Assembly: GCA_041242255.1 (NCBI GenBank)
Contig: JBESAV010000001.1
Location: forward strand, 448,001-512,000
Source of the DNA: Candidatus Altimarinota bacterium
Lineage (GTDB): Bacteria; Patescibacteriota; Gracilibacteria; UBA1369; GCA-2718715
Direction: 5' to 3'
DNA: 64,000 nt
How positions within the stretch are numbered: position 1 is the first letter of the stretch; the number at the start of each line of letters is the position of its first letter. Under the pieces are notes generated by a model. It saw only the letters and a program-made list of their open reading frames with translations, did not search any database and was not told the DNA's origin. Made by a program: the position numbers and the translations under genes. Shown here piece after piece: positions 55,212 to 64,000 of this stretch.

Positions 55212-56759
55212 ATGTTTGATCCAATATTACTTCTAATCCTAGGCCTCACCACCTTCAACCTCTTAACATCTCTATTAAGACATCTTCATTTCATACAGCT
55301 CAAAGAGTATAGATACGATAGGTTCCGAACTCTTTTACGCTATGAAGGTGGCTTTTCAAAGCTCACCACCCCCATTGGTTTTTTAGCATATTTACTTAGT
55401 ATCTATACCTTACTCACAGATAACCTTCTTTTCTTTCTTACTGCCAACATCATAGCCTTATCTAGTACCTTGTGGATAGTTCTTAGAAAAGGAATCTTCC
55501 GACCAAAACCAACCAAAAAAGCACTACTGATTCTAGCTATAACCATAATCCTCAATTCATTATTTTTCCTATCTACGACAACTATAACCAAACTCAACTT
55601 AATCTACGTTTTAGCAATCCCATCTCTATATCTAATAACATTAGTATTCTACCCAATCACAAAATTAGCCAAAGAAAAGCAAATCCAAAAAGCCACTAAA
55701 AAATTAAATCAATTCCCAAACCTTACAGTCATAGGAATAACCGGTAGCTATGGGAAATCATCCACAAAAGAATTCCTTTACCAAATACTCAAACCTCATA
55801 GAAAAACAATAAAAACTCCTAAAAACATCAACACTGATATAGGTGTAGCAAATTTTATACTCAAAACTGATTTTACTAATAAAGATGTTTTCATAGTCGA
55901 AATGGGGGCTTATCAAAAGGGAGAAATTGCCAAAATATCAAAAATGGTAAAGCCACACATCTCTATGATAACTGCAGTTCACAACCAGCATCTATCCCTA
56001 TACGGATCTCAAGAAAATATAGCCAAAGCCAAGTTTGAAATTGTAGAAAACTTAAGACCAGACGGACATTTCTTCTATAATCTTGATTCACCAGGTATGA
56101 AATACGTCCAAGAATTTCTAACTCACACACCAATTCAAAAAACATCCATCTCCAAACAGACAAACCTCAAAAATATCCAACAAAACCCTTCAAGCCTAGA
56201 CTTTCAATTAAATCAAACTTCTTACCAGGCACCAATTATAGGAAAGCACTTCGCCGAAAACATATCCTTAGCCATCCTAACAGCTCAAAAGCTAGGATTA
56301 ACCGAAGATCAAATAAATTCATCACTAAACACACTTCAACTCCCAGATAATACATTCAGTATCAAACAGGGTATAAAAAACTCAACTATCTATGACGACT
56401 CCTACAATTCATCCCCAGCCGGATTCCACGCCATAATAGATACAATCGAAAACCAAACTATCAAAGGTAAAAAGATTTTAGTAACTCGAGGAATGCTTGA
56501 GCTTGGACAAGATGAAAAGCATGAGCATCATCGTATAGCCAATCGTCTCGATCAATCCTTCGACCTAGTTGTGGCAATTTCATTAAAGACATTCCACTAT
56601 TTTGAAGATTATCTTCCTGATGAAAAACTGAAGTACATTACAGATCCAGATCAATTGGTTCAGTTTCTAGATCAGCAAATCACTGAAAACTCTTTAGTTT
56701 TAGTCGAAAATCGAGTACCATCACAATTGATAAACTTCCTTACCAAAGACCAAAAATGA
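55212..56759 (+). CDS. MurF-like Mur ligase with N-terminal TM helices
   Basis: QLKEYR, GITGSYGKSSTKE, VEMGAY and DDSYNSSP motifs. Confidence 0.85.
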   Translation: MFDPILLLILGLTTFNLLTSLLRHLHFIQLKEYRYDRFRTLLRYEGGFSKLTTPIGFLAYLLSIYTLLTDNLLFFLTANIIALSSTLWIVLRKGIFRPKPTKKALLILAITIILNSLFFLSTTTITKLNLIYVLAIPSLYLITLVFYPITKLAKEKQIQKATKKLNQFPNLTVIGITGSYGKSSTKEFLYQILKPHRKTIKTPKNINTDIGVANFILKTDFTNKDVFIVEMGAYQKGEIAKISKMVKPHISMITAVHNQHLSLYGSQENIAKAKFEIVENLRPDGHFFYNLDSPGMKYVQEFLTHTPIQKTSISKQTNLKNIQQNPSSLDFQLNQTSYQAPIIGKHFAENISLAILTAQKLGLTEDQINSSLNTLQLPDNTFSIKQGIKNSTIYDDSYNSSPAGFHAIIDTIENQTIKGKKILVTRGMLELGQDEKHEHHRIANRLDQSFDLVVAISLKTFHYFEDYLPDEKLKYITDPDQLVQFLDQQITENSLVLVENRVPSQLINFLTKDQK

Positions 56760-58015
56760 GCGTAATCTCACAGTTCACTCCCAACACCAAATTCAAAGAA
56801 GCTTTGATTAGCCTCAAGTACATCCTACTACCTTTTTTGATAAATTCCTCTGACCGACACATCTCAAAACTTTCCAATCAATTAAAACTATTCTATCCAG
56901 ATCATGAAAACTTTTTATTTGATTCAGGAAGGACTTCCCTTTATGAACTACTAAGAGCTTATATACAAGTAGACTCTAAACTAGATGAAAAACAGGTTCT
57001 ATTAGCCGGACACACATGTCTGGTGGTTGTTAATTCTATCTTAAAAGCTGGCTTAACTCCAAAATACATAGACTTCAAAAAAGATTCTTATCAGATAGAC
57101 CCCCAAAAGCTAGAGGAAGCAATCACTCCTGAAACTAAGTTTTTAGTTCTACAGCACACTTTTGGACAAATTGAAGATTTAAAATCCATCCAGAATATTG
57201 CCAAAAAGCATAACCTCATAATTATAGAAGACCTAGCTCACAGTTTCCTTTCAAAATACCAAAATAAATTGCTTGGTAATTTTTCAGACTCAGCTTTTCT
57301 AAGCTTTGGAACAAACAAGATTTTATCATGTCTCAGAGGAGGAGCGGTGATAACCAAAAACCTAAAACTCCAAAGACAACTCCAGGAAAATTGGGAGCAA
57401 CTCGAACAATTTCCTATTTCTAAAACTTACCAACACCATTTCAAGCAAGTTGGTTTTTACATCGGACAGATAACTTACTTTTTCAAAGTAGGGAAGTTAC
57501 TAATGTGGTTACTATCTAAACTACGTTTAGCCCCAAAAGTTATTTCCTTATCTGAAAAACATTCTTGGACTTCTCAACTAGATTCTTTTCAGATTTCAGA
57601 CTCACTGGCTCATGTTTGCCTAAAGCAATTTAATAGAATTCCTGAAAACATAAAAACACGACAAACAATAGCAGAAATTTACCAGAAAGAGCTTCAACCA
57701 ACTCCAGAAATAAAAACATTTCCAATATCCAAAGATCAAGTTCAGCTATTTTACCCAATTCTTGTTTCAGATCCACAAAGCCTCAACCAAGTTCTCAAGC
57801 GATACAATGTCCTTTTAAACCTGGATTGGACAGGTTCTCCAATTTCTCCAGACATGAAACTTTCATCTAAGTATTATTACAATTCCTCAAACTGCCCTGT
57901 AGCAATTAACCAAGCTAAACAGCTAATCCTTCTTCCACTGCATCAAAACATGAACCAAAACAAAGCCAAAAAGATAACTAATCTGATTAATAAATATTAT
58001 GAAACCTACCGCTAA
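56756..58015 (+). CDS. DegT/DnrJ/EryC1/StrS PLP-dependent aminotransferase
   Basis: SGRTSL, IIEDLAHS, LSFGTNK (PLP lysine) and LILLPLH motifs. Confidence 0.88.
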   Translation: MSVISQFTPNTKFKEALISLKYILLPFLINSSDRHISKLSNQLKLFYPDHENFLFDSGRTSLYELLRAYIQVDSKLDEKQVLLAGHTCLVVVNSILKAGLTPKYIDFKKDSYQIDPQKLEEAITPETKFLVLQHTFGQIEDLKSIQNIAKKHNLIIIEDLAHSFLSKYQNKLLGNFSDSAFLSFGTNKILSCLRGGAVITKNLKLQRQLQENWEQLEQFPISKTYQHHFKQVGFYIGQITYFFKVGKLLMWLLSKLRLAPKVISLSEKHSWTSQLDSFQISDSLAHVCLKQFNRIPENIKTRQTIAEIYQKELQPTPEIKTFPISKDQVQLFYPILVSDPQSLNQVLKRYNVLLNLDWTGSPISPDMKLSSKYYYNSSNCPVAINQAKQLILLPLHQNMNQNKAKKITNLINKYYETYR

Positions 58016-59033
58016 ATTGCATACAAAAATACTCAAAGACTCAAAACAATGGGAGGAATTCTTAGAAAAACAACCTTTCCAGATCTTCGTCCAGTCTCCA
58101 TCTTATGCTGAATTCAATACAGCCACCGGAGACGAATCTTTCATTTTGGGTTTATACGACACCGACAAAAAACTTATTGGCGGATCAGTTGTTATAACCA
58201 TTCATGCTAAAAGAGGAAATTTCTTCTATTTACCATATGGTCCAATACTAGATTATTCAAACCAAGAACACCTTAAACAGTTTACAAAAGATCTTAAAAA
58301 ACTAGCCAAAGCCAAAAACTTAGACTTCATCAGAATCTCTCCATTTATAGACGAAACACCAGAACACAAAAAAGCAGTCCAAAAAGTAGGTTACCGTAAA
58401 GCTCCGATGCATATGATTGCTGAAACCACCTGGATGCTTAAATTAGACAAAGAGCCAGAGGCACTCATGAAAGACATGCGCCAAAACCACCGAAACCTTA
58501 TCCGAAGATCTAAAAGAGATGGTGTAAAAGTAGAAGTTTCAACAGATATCAAAGATATCAAAGACCTCCACGAACTCCTCGAGGAAACTGCAAAACGACA
58601 CAATTTCCATGCTTTTCCACTTTCATATATTCAAGAGGAGTTCAAAGCCTTCCATAAGCATGGACAAGTTAAGATTTACAAAGCTTTCCATGAAGGCGAC
58701 TTATTAGCTATCTCTATGATGTGTTTCTACAAGAACACAGCCGTTTACAGACATAGTGCGTCCAGTCATCTTAAACCAAAAGTCCCTGCATCATACGCAA
58801 TCCAGTGGCAAGCTATCCAAGATGCCAAGAAAGCAGGTTGCGAATATTATAACTTCTGGGGAATAGCACCAGAAGGAGCAAAAAACCACCCATTCAAAGG
58901 GATCACAAGATTTAAGCAAGGTTTTGGTGGGTTCCAAAAAGATTTACTCCCTGCACATGATTTGCCAGTAAGTCCAAAATACATTATTAATTATCTAGTA
59001 GAAACAGTTCGCCGAATAAAAAGAGGATTCTAA
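57999..59033 (+). CDS. FemABX family peptidoglycan bridge aminoacyltransferase
   Basis: YLPYGP, RNLIRRS, YNFWGI and GITRFKQGFGG motifs. Confidence 0.9.
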   Translation: MKPTAKLHTKILKDSKQWEEFLEKQPFQIFVQSPSYAEFNTATGDESFILGLYDTDKKLIGGSVVITIHAKRGNFFYLPYGPILDYSNQEHLKQFTKDLKKLAKAKNLDFIRISPFIDETPEHKKAVQKVGYRKAPMHMIAETTWMLKLDKEPEALMKDMRQNHRNLIRRSKRDGVKVEVSTDIKDIKDLHELLEETAKRHNFHAFPLSYIQEEFKAFHKHGQVKIYKAFHEGDLLAISMMCFYKNTAVYRHSASSHLKPKVPASYAIQWQAIQDAKKAGCEYYNFWGIAPEGAKNHPFKGITRFKQGFGGFQKDLLPAHDLPVSPKYIINYLVETVRRIKRGF

Positions 59034-59042
59034 TCACACACA

Positions 59043-59543
59043 ATGCCAAAACAACCAGAGCACCCATACATCATAAATCTTCATCAAATCCTACTTTCTG
59101 AGATAGGAACAATGCAAGATATATACATTCCAATTCAAAAGTCTGATGATTCAGATTTTAAAATAGACCCCGAAGAAGAACTTCTCGTTCAGTTAACTAA
59201 AATCGATGAAAAAGGTATTTCCATAAATATCCCAAAGCAAGAACTTGAAGGAAAAGCAAAAGACGCAGTTTCTTTGGAAGAGTTTACTCAAACTATTAAA
59301 ACCTACCCGATAGAAAGAAGATATTACACATCTATTCCTGAAGAAGAAGATCCAGAAATGGTAGAAAAAATCCACACAGGAACTTTCCAAGTTGATCTGA
59401 CCTCAATTATCAACGAAGCCATCTATCTAAACATCCCGTATAATTTCCACAAAGAAGAAGATGCTAAACCAGCAAGTTTCACAACTGATAAAGACAACTC
59501 TAATTCACCTTTTGCTAAGCTAAAAGATTACAAAAACACTTGA
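59043..59543 (+). CDS. YceD/DUF177-like protein
   Basis: VDLTSIINEAIYLNIP and SPFAKL motifs; lies directly upstream of rpmF. Confidence 0.75.
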   Translation: MPKQPEHPYIINLHQILLSEIGTMQDIYIPIQKSDDSDFKIDPEEELLVQLTKIDEKGISINIPKQELEGKAKDAVSLEEFTQTIKTYPIERRYYTSIPEEEDPEMVEKIHTGTFQVDLTSIINEAIYLNIPYNFHKEEDAKPASFTTDKDNSNSPFAKLKDYKNT

Positions 59544-59599
59544 TTATAAAACAAAATTTAGTATTATCTGCGAGAAAATAAATATAAATTTACAGAATA

Positions 59600-59830
59600 A
59601 TGGCAGTTCCAAAGAAAAAAACTTCCAAAGGAAGAACTAGAAGACGTCACAAAGCTTACCTACAAAAGCAAACAACAAAAATCAAAAAGAAAGTACAAGT
59701 AGTAGCTTGTTCTAACTGTGGTGAAGACAAACTAAACCACTTTGCATGTCCAAACTGTGGCCAATACAACGGAAGACAAGTTACAGACATGACTAAGAAA
59801 ATTGATAAAATCACTACTGTTAAAGCCTAA
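59600..59830 (+). CDS. rpmF: 50S ribosomal protein L32
   Basis: MAVPKKKTSK start; CSNC...CPNCGQY zinc knuckle. Confidence 0.95.
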   Translation: MAVPKKKTSKGRTRRRHKAYLQKQTTKIKKKVQVVACSNCGEDKLNHFACPNCGQYNGRQVTDMTKKIDKITTVKA

Positions 59831-59836
59831 ATTTCA

Positions 59837-60298
59837 ATGAAATCTTTTCGTCATTTAGGTCGTGAATTAGTACTAAAAACTCTTCTATGCGAAGAGTTTT
59901 TAACGAAAGAAGAATTAAAGAAGATGGAAGATCAAGAAGAACCAATCGATTACATCATAGGTCACTTTGGTAAAGAATTACCTGATACTGATTTCACTAA
60001 AGATCTTTACGGGAATGTTTTAGTTCAATCCAAAGAAGCTCAAAAACTCATTCAGCAATACGCCCCAGACTGGCCACTAGATAAGATTGCTCGTATCGAC
60101 AAAAACATTCTTATCATCGGGATTACAGAACTTCTCCACAGTGATGTACCACCCCTTGTTGCCATCAATGAAGCAGTGGAACTTGCCAAGGAATATGGAG
60201 ACGACAGTTCTTCCAAGTTCGTAAATGGGGTGCTTTCAAACATCGCACATGATATAATAGGGAAAGATAAACTAGTAAACAAAGATGCAAGCCAATAG
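59837..60298 (+). CDS. nusB: transcription antitermination factor NusB
   Basis: [24 protein letters not shown] and FVNGVL motifs. Confidence 0.95.
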   Translation: MKSFRHLGRELVLKTLLCEEFLTKEELKKMEDQEEPIDYIIGHFGKELPDTDFTKDLYGNVLVQSKEAQKLIQQYAPDWPLDKIARIDKNILIIGITELLHSDVPPLVAINEAVELAKEYGDDSSSKFVNGVLSNIAHDIIGKDKLVNKDASQ

Positions 60299-60986
60299 CG
60301 ACTACAGCTCACTTCTAAAAAAACTATCCCTAAAGTTCAACGATCTTCAACTCCTCCAGGAGGCTTTTACGCATAAGTCATTCGTAAATGAAGTTGCCGA
60401 TCCAGCCATAAAGTCAAACGAACGTCTCGAGTTCCTAGGCGACGCTGTTTTAGAATTAGTTGTAACTAAACATCTTTTTCAAGACTACCCAGAAAGAGAA
60501 GAGGGAGAACTCACAGCTATGCGCTCAGCCCTTGTCCGTGGTAAAAATCTATCTAAAGTAGCCCGTAAACTAGAATTAGGGCAATATCTCATTCTATCAA
60601 AGGGGGAGTACAATTCTAAAGGCCAAAACAAAGGCTACATCCTAGCCAATCTCGTCGAAGCAGTCATAGGTGCAATCTACCTAGATCAAGGTATGTCAAA
60701 AGCCTCAGAGTTCATCCTCAAGAACATTTACTCGGATTTATCTGAAATCTTAAAGATCAAAGGCCACATAGATTCTAAAACTAGGTTCCAAGAAGTTTCT
60801 CAAGAAAAACTTGGTGTAACTCCAGATTACAAACTCATCAAAGAGTTTGGCCCAGACCACTCCAAAGAATTCACCATGGGAGTATTCCTAAACGGTGATC
60901 TAATAGAAGAGGGAACTGACTCATCCAAGCAAAAAGCCGAGCAAAAAGCTGCCCTCAGAGCTCTAGAAAAAAAGGGTTGGATCTAG
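60285..60986 (+). CDS. rnc: ribonuclease III
   Basis: [12 protein letters not shown] signature; C-terminal dsRBD. Confidence 0.97.
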   Translation: MQANSDYSSLLKKLSLKFNDLQLLQEAFTHKSFVNEVADPAIKSNERLEFLGDAVLELVVTKHLFQDYPEREEGELTAMRSALVRGKNLSKVARKLELGQYLILSKGEYNSKGQNKGYILANLVEAVIGAIYLDQGMSKASEFILKNIYSDLSEILKIKGHIDSKTRFQEVSQEKLGVTPDYKLIKEFGPDHSKEFTMGVFLNGDLIEEGTDSSKQKAEQKAALRALEKKGWI

Positions 60987-61204
60987 TTCATCAATCCTTT
61001 GAAAAGGATATAACCTAGAAAAACTCCCAAAAACAAACCATCAACAAAACAAATCAATATCACATATTTAAGTGATAGTTTTTTCTTTTCTCTTAAAAAT
61101 TGCACCTGAACCTCCTCAGTATTTTGGCTAGCAATATAACCATAAAGCCCACAACCCAAAAAGAACAACACCAACAGAATTATCTCCCAGTACTCAAATC
61201 CCAT
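60983..61204 (-). CDS. small two-TM membrane protein
   Basis: 73 aa with two hydrophobic segments. Confidence 0.6.
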   Translation of the reverse strand: MGFEYWEIILLVLFFLGCGLYGYIASQNTEEVQVQFLREKKKLSLKYVILICFVDGLFLGVFLGYILFKGLMN

Positions 61205-61380
61205 ATCTACAAATTAACTTTGCATTTATTTTAAAGACATAATATTTCTTAGCAATAATTTTTCCAACATGGCAATGATTTAGGTTTGCCAAAAAAGATC
61301 ATCTCTTTTATATTCATGTGGCTTCCACAAGCAAAACTTGCCAGTTCGAAGCAACAATTAGAGACCCAATCTCCCAAAGT

Positions 61381-61456
<76 letters not shown>

Positions 61457-61506
61457 TTTCAATATACTTCTATGTATTGTATCTTTAAGTTATAAACTTT
61501 CATTAC

Positions 61507-61989
61507 ATGCACCCAAACTACCTCCAGCTATTTGCTAAAGCTCTAAGAACAGAAGATTCCACCAAAAGAGAATCTTTATTTCAAGAAATGAACGCCTCCC
61601 CAGAAGTAAAAGCCTCCATAAATCAAACCGTTACATCCATGTCAAAAGACGGGTTAACATTTTTCCTAGAACCACAAGAAGCAACTATTTCTACTGAACA
61701 CAAAGGGAATACAATAGTTTACAAAGGTGATTTTATTTATGGATTTGAGAAAGACCAAGTCTTTCATGACATCCCAGGTGACCTATCAACTAAAACCACC
61801 AAAGAAGTTAACAATCCTAACTCTGAAGTAATCTTTACCATCAACCCCGAAAACAACCAGCTCGAATCAATCTATGAATCCATGGCTGCAAATACTTTTG
61901 GCAAACAACCAAAAACTAATCTAGCCAAGCCAGCCATCTTCATAATAGTAATCATAGCTCTGATAATCTTCATTATAACCAATTCATAA
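61507..61989 (+). CDS. hypothetical protein with a C-terminal TM helix
   Basis: 160 aa ending AIFIIVIIALIIFIITNS. Confidence 0.65.
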   Translation: MHPNYLQLFAKALRTEDSTKRESLFQEMNASPEVKASINQTVTSMSKDGLTFFLEPQEATISTEHKGNTIVYKGDFIYGFEKDQVFHDIPGDLSTKTTKEVNNPNSEVIFTINPENNQLESIYESMAANTFGKQPKTNLAKPAIFIIVIIALIIFIITNS

Positions 61990-61998
61990 ATCTACCCA

Positions 61999-62589
61999 AT
62001 GATCGAAGTCGAAAAAAAATTTATCTTATCTCCTGAACAGCACAATTCCCTTATCAAAGTAGCCAAGTTCCAAAAAGAGATAGTATTTACAGATACATAC
62101 TACGATACAAAAGACTTTCAGTACATCAAGCAAGACACATGGCTAAGAAAGAGAAATGAAGCTTTTCAACTAAAAGTTCCATTAACTTTAGATAAACATA
62201 GACTAGTTGATCAATACGAAGAAATTACAGATTCTGAAGACATTAAACAAAGACTTAATCTGCCTCTACAAAACCCAATACAGGAGGGAATAGAGCAAGC
62301 TAAGCTTCATAGTTTTTGCAAATGCACAACCACCAGAAAAAAGTATCAATACAAAGATTTTATTATTGATACAGATGAAGTTGAATACGAAGACTTTTCT
62401 TACCAAATAGCTGAAATAGAGCTTATGGTTGATACTGAAGAGGAGGTCGAACAAGCTATCCAAAAAATTCTAAACTTTACAAAAACACTAAATCTAGAAA
62501 TCACACCAGTCCGAGGTAAAGTAATCGAGTATCTCAAAAGAAAAGAACCAGAAATATATAAACTTTATACTAAAAAAACCACTACCTAA
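61999..62589 (+). CDS. CYTH domain protein
   Basis: N-terminal IEVEKKF (ExExK); DTYYD, WLRKR and AEIE motifs. Confidence 0.88.
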   Translation: MIEVEKKFILSPEQHNSLIKVAKFQKEIVFTDTYYDTKDFQYIKQDTWLRKRNEAFQLKVPLTLDKHRLVDQYEEITDSEDIKQRLNLPLQNPIQEGIEQAKLHSFCKCTTTRKKYQYKDFIIDTDEVEYEDFSYQIAEIELMVDTEEEVEQAIQKILNFTKTLNLEITPVRGKVIEYLKRKEPEIYKLYTKKTTT

Positions 62590-62622
62590 GCAGTGGCTTC
62601 TAAAAGTAAAACTTAGAAACAA

Positions 62623-62886
62623 TTAGTTTCTTGGTTTAGCTATATCAACTTTGATTTCTCTTCCATCAAGTTCTTTACCATTAAGCTCTTCAATTGCTTT
62701 TTGAGCTTCTTCTTCAGAAGACATAGTTACGAAACCACAACCTTTCGATCTACCAGTTTCTCTTTCTTTTAGTACGAAAGCATCTTCAACTGTACCAATT
62801 TGTTCGAAAAATTCCGCCAATCCAGCGTCAGTTGTTGCCCACGCTAAGCTTCCTACGAAAAGCTTATTTTGTTGCATATCATTCAT
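62623..62886 (-). CDS. RRM RNA-binding protein
   Basis: RNP2 LFVGSL and RNP1 KGCGFVTM. Confidence 0.93.
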   Translation of the reverse strand: MNDMQQNKLFVGSLAWATTDAGLAEFFEQIGTVEDAFVLKERETGRSKGCGFVTMSSEEEAQKAIEELNGKELDGREIKVDIAKPRN

Positions 62887-63083
62887 GATAATATTTACGT
62901 TAATTTAGTTAGACACAATACCTCGTTTTCTCACCTTTTAAGGTATTAAACCGAATCATTGCATTTGAATTATGCCTAATTTATCAAAAATAGTCAAACT
63001 AGTTCTTCACTAAACTACAAACAACCTCAAAGACTAGCCTTTAAGTCATTTTTTTGGTAAAATAAATAGATATAATTTTTTTA

Positions 63084-64000
63084 ATGAGTCATAAATCATT
63101 CTACAGAAGACTTATTCTAAATACGAGTGCGCTAATTTTACTAATTCTAGTCACCACTCCAATCATCTTAGCCTCGACCTACATTAACGATCCAGATAAC
63201 GATTCAACAACTGAGCTTGAACTATGGTTAAAAGCAGATGAAGGCTTCACACCAGCCAACTGGACTGATCAATCAGCTAACACTAACGATGCAGCTCAAT
63301 CAAACCCTGCCAACCAACCCGCCTTATTAGACAACCAAATCAACTTCAATCCAGTAGTAGATTTCGATACTGGAGATACTCTTGAAGGAGTAGCATCGCC
63401 AATCAATTCAGGTACAGATCAAACAGTTTTCTTTATTTATCAACACACAGCCAATGGAGTTGGAGATCAGCCAGATCTTTTTGATTACGATGGAACTGCA
63501 GGTGGAAATAGGGTGGAAGTTTATGATGATACGTTCTCTTATCAGGGTACTTTATTTGATGAAACAAATACTGGAAACACACTCACTAATGCCAATCTTG
63601 TATATATCAGACAAGCTCAGAACATCGTCAACACAGGAGGTATCTCCGTAAACGGTGAGCCAGAAGTGACTGGTACTACTGCCGCCATTGGAGGGGGTGA
63701 TACTTATACAATTGGAACACAAGGCTTACTCGATGGTAACTTAGCCGAACTAATTCTTTACAGTGAAGAGCTTAATGCAACCAACATTGATAACATTGAA
63801 TCATACCTAGCACTTAAATACGGAATAACCCTAGATATAAATACACCTCAGTATACAAACAGCTCAGGTACAACAGTTTTTGATACAGACGACGGTGGAA
63901 ACTCCGGAGCCGCTTCTGACGGAACAGCAGACTGGTTCGATATCGCTGGTATTGCTCGAGATGATGCCACAACCTTAGATCAAAGAATTTCTCAGTCCGA
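63084..64000 (+). CDS. secreted LamG/concanavalin-like domain protein, partial (runs off the right edge)
   Basis: Not in the ORF track. Manual translation from ATG 63084 gives a signal peptide, then LELWLKAD, WTDQS, INFNP, IESYLALKYGITL and IAGIARDD...LDQRISQS, open to the window end. Confidence 0.8.
   Translation, partial: MSHKSFYRRLILNTSALILLILVTTPIILASTYINDPDNDSTTELELWLKADEGFTPANWTDQSANTNDAAQSNPANQPALLDNQINFNPVVDFDTGDTLEGVASPINSGTDQTVFFIYQHTANGVGDQPDLFDYDGTAGGNRVEVYDDTFSYQGTLFDETNTGNTLTNANLVYIRQAQNIVNTGGISVNGEPEVTGTTAAIGGGDTYTIGTQGLLDGNLAELILYSEELNATNIDNIESYLALKYGITLDINTPQYTNSSGTTVFDTDDGGNSGAASDGTADWFDIAGIARDDATTLDQRISQS

Noticed and set aside
47254-56759. Genetic code 25 (TGA = Gly), as in some Gracilibacteria
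   Set aside because: Conserved genes are full length under code 11, and TGA stops form ATGA overlaps with the next gene (48219-22, 56756-59).
61266-61352. Small hairpins upstream of the CAT-anticodon tRNA
   Set aside because: The stems are short (TGGCAA/TTGCCA, GCTTC/GAAGC) with no cloverleaf or other support.
61900-61989. Sortase substrate (QPKTN followed by a hydrophobic tail)
   Set aside because: There is no N-terminal signal peptide and no basic C-terminal tail, so the resemblance is probably chance.

Overview
A 64 kb chromosomal window from an AT-rich bacterium, most consistent with Patescibacteria/CPR (inferred from the DUF4012 and DUF5665 genes, a sortase, an FtsA-like plus baseplate-J-like pair, and housekeeping starts without Shine-Dalgarno sites). 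It uses code 11, with TGA as stop. Most of the window is housekeeping: alaS (partial), miaB, leuS, rsmI, tsaB, trxA, ung, rnhA, ychF, thyA, folA, glmU, ligA, dnaX, rpmF, nusB, rnc, tRNA-Phe(GAA) and a CAT-anticodon tRNA (probably Ile2), plus envelope genes. I saw no CRISPR array, transposase or integrase. Three things stand out. (1) A 1790-aa membrane-anchored alpha-2-macroglobulin has lost its CxEQ thioester motif but carries a 130-aa Hint (intein-like) domain in its bait region. The Hint ends HN|A, is flanked by an imperfect 15-nt direct repeat, and the gene is translationally coupled to a lipoprotein MEMO1-like gene. (2) A roughly 460-nt ORF-free, highly base-paired transcript has its own promoter and terminator and a predicted kissing loop; I cannot assign it to a known RNA family. 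(3) Two tandem orphan genes share a promoter/leader hairpin with compensatory base changes and carry strong SD sites, which the housekeeping starts I checked lack. All family assignments come from motifs recognised by eye; no database search was run.
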